Shown here: positions 19,588-29,393 of the stretch, piece after piece | Position numbering within the stretch: the stretch's first letter is position 1 | How the letters are laid out: every line of letters starts with the position of its first letter | DNA from: Acidimicrobiia bacterium | GTDB lineage: Bacteria > Actinomycetota > Acidimicrobiia > Spongiisociales > Spongiisociaceae | DNA length: 47,081 nucleotides | NCBI GenBank assembly: GCA_009838635.1 | Contig: VXRE01000002.1 | Location: 17,607 to 64,687 of the forward strand | Direction of reading: 5' to 3' | Position numbers and translations under genes: made by a program | The notes under the pieces: model-generated | The model's input: the letters and a program-made list of their open reading frames with translations, nothing else | Told to the model about the DNA's origin: nothing | The model's database searches: none

Positions 19588-21264
19588 TCAGACGCTGGTG
19601 TCCCGCCGACGGAATCGGGCTATAGCCAGCCACGCCATCGCGACCGTCCCGGCCAGCAACAGGAAATAGGCCGGCTCGAACCCCTTGGCGAGGGGTGGAT
19701 CATCGCCGAAGTACCAGTAGAAGGGTGAGACGAACCGGATCGGTCGGAGGCCGTCCGCCAGGGCGCCCAAGCCGTTCATCAGGAATGTGGCCAGGGCTGC
19801 GATGCCGGCGATCCGGACGGCCGGCAGGGACGTGCCCCTGAACCCCCACAGCAGGAGCGCCAGCCCCGCGAAGAACAGGCCGAGCAGGTAGAGCCCGGCG
19901 CCCGCCGCCAGGATCGGCCCGAACCCGAGTCCGGTCTCCCACCGGCGGTCAGCCAGCAAGGCGACGACTGTCGGGATCAGCACCACCAACCCGGCCGAGA
20001 GAGCGACGGCCGCCAGCTTGGAAACAACGACCCGACTACGGGACGACGGCTGGGCCAGCACCAGATCGAGCACACCGGAGTCCTCCTGGCGGACCAGAGC
20101 CATCGACACGCCGCGCACGCAGAAGAAGATCACCACTATCGGGCCGATCGATTGGTAACTGCGCGATGAGACGAACCCGGCCGGGGTGACGATCGCATCC
20201 GGATTGGTCATGCCGAACATGACGAACACTTCCCGGGGCATGGAGGTGACCAGGGCTGCCAGCGCTTCGGCATCCTGAGCGAGGGCCGGCCACGCCGAGA
20301 ACATGGCGAGGGACAGCAAGCCGAGGCCCCCGCCCCACGCCCAGACGGACCGGCGACGATCCCAGATGACCTTGCGGAACGGATCGGTGAGGAGCCACGC
20401 CGCCCGTGGTTGCCGAGCCCGCCGCCGCGCTCGCCGCCGGACCTTGACATCAGGCAAGGCTGCCCGCTCCGTGGCGATGTCCCTCCGGTCGAACAACAGC
20501 ACCGCGACCACCAGCAGGACGGCGGTGGTTATAAGCAGCCACAGGTGACCGGCGCCGAAACCTGTGATCAGCGGGTTGGGTTCCCGGTACCAGGTGAACG
20601 GGCTCAGCCCTCCCGCACCCTCCAGCCAGGGGAACAGGCCAGAGAAGCTGGTCACGAACCACGCCAGGAGCGCCAGCAACCCGGCCATCCCGCCGGCGGT
20701 GGCCGACCGACCCGTAAACGCCCCTACCAGCAGGGCCACCGCGCCGAAGGACGTACCGAGCAGCCAGAGCGACAGGCCGGCCGCCGCCACACCCACCACG
20801 GGCAGGTCCAGTCCGAAGACGGGATTCGCAACCAGGAGCGCGACGGTGATCACGGCCACCATCAGCAGGGTGGCCGCCGCCACGCCGCCTGCCTTCTCAA
20901 GGAAGACCCGACGCCGGGATACCGGATTGGACAGCAGCATGTCCATCAGACCTTCCCGTTCTTCGGTGGACGTCTCGGCGACCATCGCGCTGATCACGAA
21001 GATGAGGATCAGGAGCGGCGCGAACAGCGCGAAGAACTCGGCCGACAGGAACCCCGCCGCCGTCAGGAATGTGGCCAGATCGGTTCCGACGGCAGCGAAC
21101 ATCTCCGGCGGGACCTGTTCCATGATGTCGTTGAAGCCCTGGTTGTCCCGCAGGATCGGGAACAGGGCTCCCAGCCAGACGACCAGCGCAACCAGGCCGA
21201 GGCTGTTACCGATCAGGGCCCGGCGCCGGTCCCGCAGGCTCTTGACCAGGATGGCGGTGGTCAA
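19588..21264 (-). CDS. ABC-2 type exporter permease (two fused halves)
   Basis: Two homologous 6-TM halves (EEREGLMDMLLSNPVSR / QEDSGVLDLVLAQPSSR; SPFTWY / SPFYWY; FDRRDI / FRRRDT). Confidence 0.88.
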   Translation of the reverse strand: MTTAILVKSLRDRRRALIGNSLGLVALVVWLGALFPILRDNQGFNDIMEQVPPEMFAAVGTDLATFLTAAGFLSAEFFALFAPLLILIFVISAMVAETSTEEREGLMDMLLSNPVSRRRVFLEKAGGVAAATLLMVAVITVALLVANPVFGLDLPVVGVAAAGLSLWLLGTSFGAVALLVGAFTGRSATAGGMAGLLALLAWFVTSFSGLFPWLEGAGGLSPFTWYREPNPLITGFGAGHLWLLITTAVLLVVAVLLFDRRDIATERAALPDVKVRRRARRRARQPRAAWLLTDPFRKVIWDRRRSVWAWGGGLGLLSLAMFSAWPALAQDAEALAALVTSMPREVFVMFGMTNPDAIVTPAGFVSSRSYQSIGPIVVIFFCVRGVSMALVRQEDSGVLDLVLAQPSSRSRVVVSKLAAVALSAGLVVLIPTVVALLADRRWETGLGFGPILAAGAGLYLLGLFFAGLALLLWGFRGTSLPAVRIAGIAALATFLMNGLGALADGLRPIRFVSPFYWYFGDDPPLAKGFEPAYFLLLAGTVAMAWLAIARFRRRDTSV

Positions 21265-22187
21265 GGCGCGCTTCCTCCCGGTCCGGATTCGGGATCCCCT
21301 TGCCCGTAGTAGGAGAGAAAGACGTCATCGAGGTCGGCTTCATCGGTGTGGATGGCGATCGCCCCGGCGTCTGCCGCGGCCCGGATCACCGCGTCCTGAG
21401 GCCCCGAGACGCTCAGGCTCAACAGCCTGCCGCCGTCACGGGCCTCGACCGACATGACTCCCCGGAGACCGGCGAAGCCCGACGGGTCGGCCGGCCGCGC
21501 GAACTCGATCGTCAGGTTGGACTGGACCTTGCTGCGGAACCCGTCGAGGGTGTCCACGGCGATCAGATGACCTTGGCGGATGATCCCCACCCGGTCGGCC
21601 ATCCGTTCCACCTCGGGCAGGTAATGCGAGGACAGGAACACGGTGCGGCCCTCGGCCCGCACCTCGCCGAGAAGTGTGGCGAACTCCTGCTGCATGAGGG
21701 GATCGAGGCCGCCGGTCGGCTCGTCGAGTATCAACAGCTCGGGCTCGTGCATGAATGCGTTGACCAGTCCCACCTTCTGGCGGTTGCCCTTCGAGTACTC
21801 CTTGATACGCCGGTCCAGGTCCAGTTCGAACCGGTCGGCCAGCAGGGTCGTGGCTGCGGCGGTGTCGACACCCCGGAGCCGGCTGAAGTAGAGGAGGAAC
21901 TCCCGTCCGGTCATCGACGGGTAGAGGGCCAGATCCCCGGGCAGGTATCCGACGCGGCTCCGGATGGCCACCGAGTCGGCCGTGATGTCCATGCCGAACA
22001 CGGTTCCCGAACCCCTGGTCGGCTGCAGGAAGTTGAGGAGCAGGCGGATGGTGGTGGTCTTGCCCGCGCCGTTGGGACCGATGAACCCGAACACCTCGCC
22101 CACCTCGACGGCGAGGTCCAGGTCGACGATGCCGGCGGCGTCACCGTAGTACTTGGTGAGACCTCGGGTTTCGATCGCTTCTGACAT
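21261..22187 (-). CDS. ABC exporter ATP-binding subunit
   Basis: GPNGAGKTT, YSKGN signature, LILDEPT, SSH. Confidence 0.95.
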   Translation of the reverse strand: MSEAIETRGLTKYYGDAAGIVDLDLAVEVGEVFGFIGPNGAGKTTTIRLLLNFLQPTRGSGTVFGMDITADSVAIRSRVGYLPGDLALYPSMTGREFLLYFSRLRGVDTAAATTLLADRFELDLDRRIKEYSKGNRQKVGLVNAFMHEPELLILDEPTGGLDPLMQQEFATLLGEVRAEGRTVFLSSHYLPEVERMADRVGIIRQGHLIAVDTLDGFRSKVQSNLTIEFARPADPSGFAGLRGVMSVEARDGGRLLSLSVSGPQDAVIRAAADAGAIAIHTDEADLDDVFLSYYGQGDPESGPGGSAP

Positions 22188-22190
22188 GCC

Positions 22191-22955
22191 TCACCTTCCT
22201 TCCCGGGATGAATTGGCGGCGATGAAGGCCAATACCCGCTCCCAGGCGTCGACCGAGTCCTGCGCGAACTCGCCGTGCCGGCGGTCGAAGAACGAGTGAG
22301 GAGCGCCCGGGTATACCACGACCTCGTGGGGAACCCCGGCTCCCGCCAGGGCATCCTCCAACTCCTGGACTTCTTCGAGCGGGATGCTGGGATCGTCTCC
22401 GCCCATGAGGGCGAGGATCGGGCATGCCATGCCGGCTACCCGGTCTATGGCCCCGGCGGTCTCCTCCGGACGGCGGGGTCTGCCGTAGAAGCCGATGGCG
22501 CCGGAGAGCGCGAGGCCGTTGGCGGCCTGGTGCCAGGAGGCGGATCCGCCGAAGCAGAAACCCATGGTGAAGACCACGCGCTCCGGATCGCGTGCCCGGA
22601 GATGGGAGACGGCTGCGGCCACGTCGTCCCGGATGCCGGCGAACGTGGTGTCGTGGACATGGGGCCAGAAGTCCCACTCGTGGGGTCGCTCACCGAGCCC
22701 GGCGGTGCGTCCGAAGTAGTCGACGGCCACCGCGTCGTGGCCGGCGTGGGCCAGCAGTAGGGCCAGTTCCTTGTAGAACCGGAACAAGCCCCGCACGTCG
22801 GGCAGGACCACCACCGCGGCCGTCGAGGGCGTGCCTCCGGCGGCCTCGAATGCGGAGAAGCGGTTGCCGTCCCGCGCGGTCAGCACCAGGTCGCGGCCCT
22901 GTGCCGGTCGATCCCCCTTCGGGATGGGAGGAGCGGAGTCCTGGTCGAAACACAC
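22191..22955 (-). CDS. Dienelactone hydrolase family protein
   Basis: GFCFGG Cys nucleophile, GGDD, YPGAPHSF. Confidence 0.9.
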   Translation of the reverse strand: MCFDQDSAPPIPKGDRPAQGRDLVLTARDGNRFSAFEAAGGTPSTAAVVVLPDVRGLFRFYKELALLLAHAGHDAVAVDYFGRTAGLGERPHEWDFWPHVHDTTFAGIRDDVAAAVSHLRARDPERVVFTMGFCFGGSASWHQAANGLALSGAIGFYGRPRRPEETAGAIDRVAGMACPILALMGGDDPSIPLEEVQELEDALAGAGVPHEVVVYPGAPHSFFDRRHGEFAQDSVDAWERVLAFIAANSSREGR

Positions 22956-22978
22956 GTCTGCCTACTTCTAGCGTTCCG

Positions 22979-24409
22979 CTACACCGCGGTATAGGTTATC
23001 CGCAGCATTGCGGCGGTCCGGCGTAGCACATCCCCCTGGTGGCCCGGTAGCACGGCAGCGTGGTGGGTGGCGCCCGCCTCGCACCATCGGGCGTAGGCCT
23101 CGGCAACTTGTCCCGAGTCGAACCGGAACATCCCGTTGGGGCCCTCCATGGCGTGGTGCTTCGAGTCGAGGATCCGGCCCTCGGCGCCGACCAGGACCCA
23201 TCCGTCGCTGTGATCGATCGGGCTGAGGCTGATCAGCGTGGCCGGTCCTTCCGGGAGCTCGAAAGCCACCGCGGTCCCCGGTCCGTGATCGCCCATGTAG
23301 TGGTCTTCGGGGAGCAGGGTCACGCCGGAAGACGCCGCCCGGATGGTGAGGTCGCCCTCTCCGCCGTTGGCCACCAGTATCCAGTTCCCCGGGAAGTCGA
23401 GCTGATACAGCTCGCAGTAGAGGGCCGATCCGGCGAGGCGCTTTCCGATGGCCAGAGCGATCGCGGTGGGTATGTCCCCCGTACATGCGAAGGGCACCCC
23501 GGCCTCGGCGCACAAGGCCACTCCAAGGCAGGCGGTCACGCCCACCTCGGGGTTCCAGCGGAGAGCGTCGCCGTGGCAGTTGACCGCCCCGGCGTTGGCA
23601 TCGTTCTGGTGGCACAACTCCCTCATGGCCAGAGCGAGCCGGGCGGAGCGGCCAAGGACCTGATCGTCGACCCGGTCGGCCTCGAAACGATCCCGCAGTT
23701 CACCGACGAGAGCGGACACCTCGCCGGCGCCCACCGCCCGGAACGCCGCCGCGATCCCCGGCGGGTCGACGTCGATGACCTCGACCCCCAGATCGACCAG
23801 TTGCTCGCCGCTGACCTCGACGTCCATATAGCCGGGGATGGGCTTGCCGATGGTGAGCAGCCGGGACTTGGTGACCGTGGCGGCCGCATCTGCGGCCCTC
23901 AGCGTCTCGCCGAGGACGGTGTCGAGATCATCCCCGATGACCGAGGAGACCAGCGTGGTGAACTGCCGGCCCATCCGGACGAGCACGTTCGTGAACATGA
24001 CCAGACCGACCGTCAGGCTCCTGCGGGTGGCCTCCTCGGTGGCGTAGTCGTCCGGGACCTCGATGAGTTCCTGTGCCCCGACCGCCACCACCGGCACCCG
24101 GGGGAGATTCCGGATCGCCTCCCATCCGTAGCTGGGCGGGGCGGCCATGGTGGGCGCGAAGACGATCACATCGACGTCGGAGTGGGCGAACAGCAGCCCG
24201 GCCTCCCGTCCCGCTTCGTCATTGTCCACCACCCCCGGGTAGAAGACCGATCCGAACTGCTCGAGCCGGGTCCGCAAAGCGTCGGCGAATGCCGTGCGCT
24301 CCTGGCGGAACTCGGGCGGCATGGCCGCATCGAACAACCCGAAGTAGACCGCCAGCAGTCCGATCCTGAGAGTGGGGGCGTTGTCACCGGGCATACCTGT
24401 CCTCGTCAT
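22979..24409 (-). CDS. L-arabinose/L-fucose isomerase-superfamily protein (paralog B, atypical active site)
   Basis: AVNCH, CTGDIPTA, LYCELY, ANGGEG, GPATL, GAEGRI, GATHH. Clearly homologous to 17813-19273. Confidence 0.75.
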   Translation of the reverse strand: MTRTGMPGDNAPTLRIGLLAVYFGLFDAAMPPEFRQERTAFADALRTRLEQFGSVFYPGVVDNDEAGREAGLLFAHSDVDVIVFAPTMAAPPSYGWEAIRNLPRVPVVAVGAQELIEVPDDYATEEATRRSLTVGLVMFTNVLVRMGRQFTTLVSSVIGDDLDTVLGETLRAADAAATVTKSRLLTIGKPIPGYMDVEVSGEQLVDLGVEVIDVDPPGIAAAFRAVGAGEVSALVGELRDRFEADRVDDQVLGRSARLALAMRELCHQNDANAGAVNCHGDALRWNPEVGVTACLGVALCAEAGVPFACTGDIPTAIALAIGKRLAGSALYCELYQLDFPGNWILVANGGEGDLTIRAASSGVTLLPEDHYMGDHGPGTAVAFELPEGPATLISLSPIDHSDGWVLVGAEGRILDSKHHAMEGPNGMFRFDSGQVAEAYARWCEAGATHHAAVLPGHQGDVLRRTAAMLRITYTAV

Positions 24410-24595
24410 GGCTCAGTCCGATTCTGACACACTGCCGGGAGCGTTCGGCGGCGGGGTGCCCGTGATAAGGTATCGAGAGTCGGATTCCCAGGTGCCGAAG
24501 CGAGCCGCCGGCCCCGGTGCCGCGGGTGGAACCTGCAAGGGAGAAGTGATGACCCCACTCCCATCCGGTCGATCGCGCGGTAGTTAGCAGGGATT

Positions 24596-26362
24596 ATGTC
24601 GCTGGACGCGATTCTGGTGCTCGCCATTCTCGTCGGAACGGTCGTCCTGTTCGTTGCCGAGAAGTACCCCCTCGACATGGTGGCACTGCTCGGTCTGGGC
24701 GCCCTGCTGGGTCTGGGTCTGGTCACGCCACAGGAGGGGTTCTCCGGATTCAGCAATCCGGCGACCCTCACGGTGGCTGCCATGTTCATCCTGAGCGCGG
24801 GCCTCCAGAAGACCGGCGCCACGGCTGCGGTAGGACGGGTCATGGTGCGTTTCGGCAAGGACCACTACAGCGCGCTGGTGGTCGTGATGAGCACGATCAC
24901 GGTGATGTCGGCGTTCGTCAACAACACGGCAGCGGTGGCGGTCTTCATCCCGCTGGTCACGATTCTCGCCAACCGGCGCAGAGTCTCCGCCTCCAAGCTG
25001 CTCATCCCGCTCTCCTACGCCTCTCAGTTCGGGGGCGTCTGCACTCTGATCGGCACCTCTACCAACCTGCTGGTCAGCTCGATATCCGAGCAGGCCGGGT
25101 ACGGGTCGTTCAGCATGTTCGAGTTCAGCCGGATGGGCCTGATCCTCTTCGCCGCAGGAGTCACCTTCTTCCTTGTGTTCGGGCGCTGGCTGCTACCAGA
25201 CCGCCAGGTGAGCGAGCTCGCCAGCACCTACAACCTCGGCGAGTACGTCACCGAGATGCGGGTGCGGAGTAACTCGCCGCTGGTCGGCCAGACCGTGCTC
25301 GAGAGCCGCCTCGGTGAGGAGCACGACGTCACCGTGCTACGCGTTCTGCACATCGGGGATGCCGGATGGGCGCCGCTCCGGCAGGTCCTCGAACCGGATC
25401 AGGTGCTCCTCGTGCGCGGCGAGATCAACGAGTTGATCCGCCTGCGCGACTCCATGGGCCTGGAGCTCAATGTCGACTTCGAACTGAGGGACGAGACGCT
25501 GCAGACCGAGGACCTGCGCCTGGTGCAGGCCCTGGTCGCGCCGGGGTCCGATCTCATCGGCCACACCCTCAAGGAACTGGACTTCCGTAACCGCTACAAG
25601 GCGCTGGTGCTGGCCATGCAGCGCCGGGGCGAGACGATCCACGACCGGCTCAGCACCGTCACCCTCAGCCTCGGCGACGTGATACTGATCCAGGCACACG
25701 AGGCGGAGATCAGGGCGCTGCGGCGCAACAGAGGCTTTATCGTGCTCGACGAGGTCCCGGGTACGGCCCTACGACACCGCGCCCCCTTGGTGATAGGGAT
25801 CCTCGTTGCTGTCGTCGGGTTGGCCGCCTTCAACGTCTTCCCGATCCTCGTGACGGCGCTGCTCGGTTGCCTCGCGTTGTTGCTGACCCGCGTGCTGAGA
25901 CTGGACGAGGCGTACCAGGCCATCAACTGGCAGGTCATCTTCCTCCTCGCCGGGATCCTCCCGCTCGGGATAGCCATGCAGACCAGCGGCGCGGCCGGGT
26001 TCCTGGCGGAGCGGGCGGTGGGAGTGGTGGGCGGCATGGGGCCGGTGGCCGTGCTCGCGGTCATCTACCTGATGACCTCGGTGATGACCGACACGATGAG
26101 CAACGCCGCGGCCGCGGTGCTCCTCGCGCCCATAGCCATCTCCACTGCTGAGCAGATCGGCGTCGACCCGCGGCCCTTCCTGATGGCGATCACCTTCGCC
26201 GCCTCGACCGGCTTCTCCACGCCGGTGGGTTACCAGACGAACACGATGATCTACAACGCGGGTGGCTACAAGTACACCGACTTCCTGCGTACCGGCGTGC
26301 CCCTCAGCATCATCTTCTGGATCCTGTCGGTGATCTTCATCCCCCGTCTCTGGTCCTTCTGA
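24596..26362 (+). CDS. SLC13/DASS-family permease with two RCK_C (TrkA-C) domains
   Basis: FSGFSNPA, SAFVNNT, TLIGTSTN, central RCK_C repeats, MSNAA, TPVGYQTN. Confidence 0.9.
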   Translation: MSLDAILVLAILVGTVVLFVAEKYPLDMVALLGLGALLGLGLVTPQEGFSGFSNPATLTVAAMFILSAGLQKTGATAAVGRVMVRFGKDHYSALVVVMSTITVMSAFVNNTAAVAVFIPLVTILANRRRVSASKLLIPLSYASQFGGVCTLIGTSTNLLVSSISEQAGYGSFSMFEFSRMGLILFAAGVTFFLVFGRWLLPDRQVSELASTYNLGEYVTEMRVRSNSPLVGQTVLESRLGEEHDVTVLRVLHIGDAGWAPLRQVLEPDQVLLVRGEINELIRLRDSMGLELNVDFELRDETLQTEDLRLVQALVAPGSDLIGHTLKELDFRNRYKALVLAMQRRGETIHDRLSTVTLSLGDVILIQAHEAEIRALRRNRGFIVLDEVPGTALRHRAPLVIGILVAVVGLAAFNVFPILVTALLGCLALLLTRVLRLDEAYQAINWQVIFLLAGILPLGIAMQTSGAAGFLAERAVGVVGGMGPVAVLAVIYLMTSVMTDTMSNAAAAVLLAPIAISTAEQIGVDPRPFLMAITFAASTGFSTPVGYQTNTMIYNAGGYKYTDFLRTGVPLSIIFWILSVIFIPRLWSF

Positions 26363-26461
26363 TCGCACGGTGAACCGGAGCACTGGAAACAGGGACGGCA
26401 CGATGGGTTACTTCGCAGGCAGATCCAACGGGCCGAAGGCTCCTGTCGACGGGGCGGCCTC

Positions 26462-28789
26462 GTGACCTGGGAGATCGGGTTCCTGATCCTGCTGCTGGTG
26501 GTGATGGCCTACCTGTTCCTGACCGCCAAGCTTCCGGTGGACCTGACTGCCTTCCTGGGCCTGGCGGTGCTGATCGTCGGAGGCTACGTGGGGCCTACGG
26601 AAGCCTTCAGCGGCTTCGCCTCGCCGGCCGTGATAACAATGCTCGCCATCTTCATCATCAGCGCCGCCCTGCTCTACACGGGGATAGCCGACGTAGTGGC
26701 GTCCAAGGTCTACACCCTGGTGGGCAGCAAGGAGGTCCCGCTGATCATCACCCTCATGCTGGTGTCGGGCATCCTCTCCGCGTTCATGAACAACATCGCC
26801 GCCACCGCGGTCCTGATGCCGGCGGTGGCGGGAATCGCCCGGAGGGCGGGGCTACCGGCTTCGCGCCTGATGATGCCCCTCGCGTTCGGGTCGATCCTGG
26901 GCGGCACGACCACCATGGTGGGCACCCCACCCAACATCGTCGCCGCCACCATCATCGCCGAGCGGGACATGACGCCGTTCGGTCTGTTCGACTTCACTCC
27001 CATCGGGTTGGTGCTCCTCGCCGCCGGAATCCTGTTCATGATCACGGTCGGCCGGCGGCTTCTTCCCGACCGTCAGGTGGGTCCTGCCGAGTCGGAGGCG
27101 GATGAGTTGACCCACATCTACCAACTCGAGGAGCGCCTGTTCACGATCCGCATTCCCGAGCCGTCCGCCATGGACGGCGTCACCCTGTCCGACGCCCACC
27201 TGTCCGGTGCCCTGGGCATCAAGGTGGTAGCCATACACCGGGGCGCCAAGCACCTCTCCCCGACGGCCGACACCCTTCTGAGGGGCGGTGACGTTCTTCT
27301 CGTGGAGGGCAGGCTGTCGGACCTCGAGGACCTGCTGCGGGTCGGGGAAGTGGAACTCCAGCCGACCTCGACCCGCCAACTCCCCAGGCCGAGACGAGGT
27401 TTCACCGCCATCAGGTTCGAGGTTCCCGCCTCGTCGAGCCTGGCGGGAACGAGCCCGCGCGAAGCGCGCTTCAGGGACCGTTACGAGGCGGTGATCGTAG
27501 GCGTGGAGCGGGATGGGGAGGTCATGCGGGAGAACCTGGCTTCCCGGACCATCCACGCCGGGGATCATGTGATCGCTATCGGGCCCCGCTCCCAGCTGCT
27601 GGAGATGCAACCCGACCCGAACTTCCTGGTGAAGGACCTGGGGTTGTCGGCGATGCAGGCCTTCGAGGGCCATCTCTCGGTGCTCCGTGTCCCGGAGGGT
27701 TCCTCGCTGGCGGGATCGACGGTGGGGTCGAGCCGGCTGAGCGAACTGGTGGGAGTCACGGTCGGAGGGATCATCCGTGATGACGTCACCCGTCTCGACG
27801 TGCATCCCGACGACGTGCTCGAGGCCGGCGATGGTTTGCTGGTGGCGTGCGAGCCGGCCCGGTTCGAGAGGTTGGTCCGGCTCGGTGACGTAGAGGTGGA
27901 TTCCCGGGTGGGTGAGGGAGAGCTCGAGTCGGAGAACTTCGGTATCGTCGAGGTGGCGCTGGCGCCTCGCTCGGCGATCGAGGGCAAGACCTCACGCGAG
28001 CTGCAGTTCCGGGATCGCTACGGCCTCCAGTTGCTGGCGGTCTGGAGGGACGGCCGCTCCATCTACGAGGACCTGGCCGATCTGGCGTTCCGCTTCGGTG
28101 ATGGATTGCTGGTGCAGGGTCCTTGGGAGCGGATCAGCCTGCTCGGTTCCGACCCCGACTTCGTGGTGCTCTCACCGGCGGGGATGCGGCCTCGCCGTCC
28201 CAAGAAGGCCCCCATCGCGCTGGGAGCGTTGCTGCTGATGGTCGCGATGGTGGTGCTGGGCATCCAGCCCATCCACGTGGCCGCCTTCATCGCCGCCAGC
28301 CTCGTGTTGCTGTTCGGCACCGTCACCATGGAGGAGGCATACCGGGCCATCGAGTGGCGCACCATCTTCCTGGTGGCGGCGGTCCTGCCGGTGGGGATCG
28401 CCATGGAGAGCACCGGCGCGGCGTTGCTCCTGGTCAGCAGGGCCAGGGAGTGGCTGGGACCGATGGGCCACCTCGCCATCCTCATCGCCCTGGTGGTACT
28501 TGCCAGCCTTCTCAGCCAGGCTCTTGACGGGGCCCCGGCGGTGGTCCTCCTGGCGCCGGTCGCCCTCGAAACGGCTGCTCAGCTGGGCATGAACCCCTAC
28601 GCGGCCATGATGGGGGTGAGCCTGGCCGCGTCGGCCGCCTTCATGACTCCGTTCAGCCACAAGGCCAACCTCCTCGTCATGGGAGCGGGTGGTTACCGGG
28701 CCATCGACTATGCCCGCGTCGGTACTCCGCTGACCGTGGTCGTCCTAGGCATAGTCGTCGCCCTGGTACCGGTCTTCTTCCCCATCTGA
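26462..28789 (+). CDS. SLC13/DASS-family permease with four RCK_C domains
   Basis: FSGFASPA, SAFMNNIA, TMVGTPPN, four RCK_C-like repeats, TPFSHKAN. Confidence 0.9.
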   Translation: MTWEIGFLILLLVVMAYLFLTAKLPVDLTAFLGLAVLIVGGYVGPTEAFSGFASPAVITMLAIFIISAALLYTGIADVVASKVYTLVGSKEVPLIITLMLVSGILSAFMNNIAATAVLMPAVAGIARRAGLPASRLMMPLAFGSILGGTTTMVGTPPNIVAATIIAERDMTPFGLFDFTPIGLVLLAAGILFMITVGRRLLPDRQVGPAESEADELTHIYQLEERLFTIRIPEPSAMDGVTLSDAHLSGALGIKVVAIHRGAKHLSPTADTLLRGGDVLLVEGRLSDLEDLLRVGEVELQPTSTRQLPRPRRGFTAIRFEVPASSSLAGTSPREARFRDRYEAVIVGVERDGEVMRENLASRTIHAGDHVIAIGPRSQLLEMQPDPNFLVKDLGLSAMQAFEGHLSVLRVPEGSSLAGSTVGSSRLSELVGVTVGGIIRDDVTRLDVHPDDVLEAGDGLLVACEPARFERLVRLGDVEVDSRVGEGELESENFGIVEVALAPRSAIEGKTSRELQFRDRYGLQLLAVWRDGRSIYEDLADLAFRFGDGLLVQGPWERISLLGSDPDFVVLSPAGMRPRRPKKAPIALGALLLMVAMVVLGIQPIHVAAFIAASLVLLFGTVTMEEAYRAIEWRTIFLVAAVLPVGIAMESTGAALLLVSRAREWLGPMGHLAILIALVVLASLLSQALDGAPAVVLLAPVALETAAQLGMNPYAAMMGVSLAASAAFMTPFSHKANLLVMGAGGYRAIDYARVGTPLTVVVLGIVVALVPVFFPI

Positions 28790-28891
28790 GGCGCCGCGCG
28801 GCACCCTGCCGGTAAGTCGCGCGTTCGGCACCGGTGTCCGAGGCCTCGGCAGCATAGGGCCGATGGGCACCCGATTATCTAGGCTGGGAAG

Positions 28892-29377
28892 GTGAGCGAG
28901 CCGGGCAACGTGGCAGGCGACTTTGGTCAGCCGACGAGGGTGATCCTCCGCGGATCACTACGAGAGGCGACGAAGGCTCCTCCCACCGTCTACAAGACGG
29001 TCGGAGGCCAGCGATTCTTCGACGATCTCGTCGATCGTTTCTACGATGCCGTGGAGGGAGACCCGCTGCTGCGGCCCATGTATCCGCGGGACCTGCGGAG
29101 ATCCCGCGAGCGCCTGGCCGGCTTCCTGGCCCAGTACTGGGGCGGGCCGCCGCGCTACAGCGAGGAGCGGGGCCATCCCCGCCTGCGGATGCGCCACATG
29201 CCCTTTGCCATCGGCCCTGCCGAGCGTGACGCCTGGATGGCGCACATGGCCGCCTCTCTCGATGTCGCAACCCTGGCCGACGGCACCGGCCGCCCCCTCC
29301 CTGCCGAGGTCCGGGCCGCCATGTTCGACCACTTCGACAACGCCGCCACCCACCTGATCAACCAAACCGGCGCTTGA
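28892..29377 (+). CDS. glbO: Group II truncated hemoglobin
   Basis: VGG..FF..LVDRFY, LRPMYP, FLAQYWGGP..YSEERGHPRLRMRH, ERDAW. Leaderless -10 TAGGCT 6 nt upstream. Confidence 0.9.
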   Translation: MSEPGNVAGDFGQPTRVILRGSLREATKAPPTVYKTVGGQRFFDDLVDRFYDAVEGDPLLRPMYPRDLRRSRERLAGFLAQYWGGPPRYSEERGHPRLRMRHMPFAIGPAERDAWMAHMAASLDVATLADGTGRPLPAEVRAAMFDHFDNAATHLINQTGA

Positions 29378-29393
29378 CCGGGACGGGACTCGC

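Noticed and set aside
24470-24553. Possible SAM-I riboswitch upstream of the SLC13 permease (ATCGAGAG...GGTGC...GATGA)
   Set aside because: Lacks the GAGGGA/GGCCC kink-turn-pseudoknot and GCAACC core.
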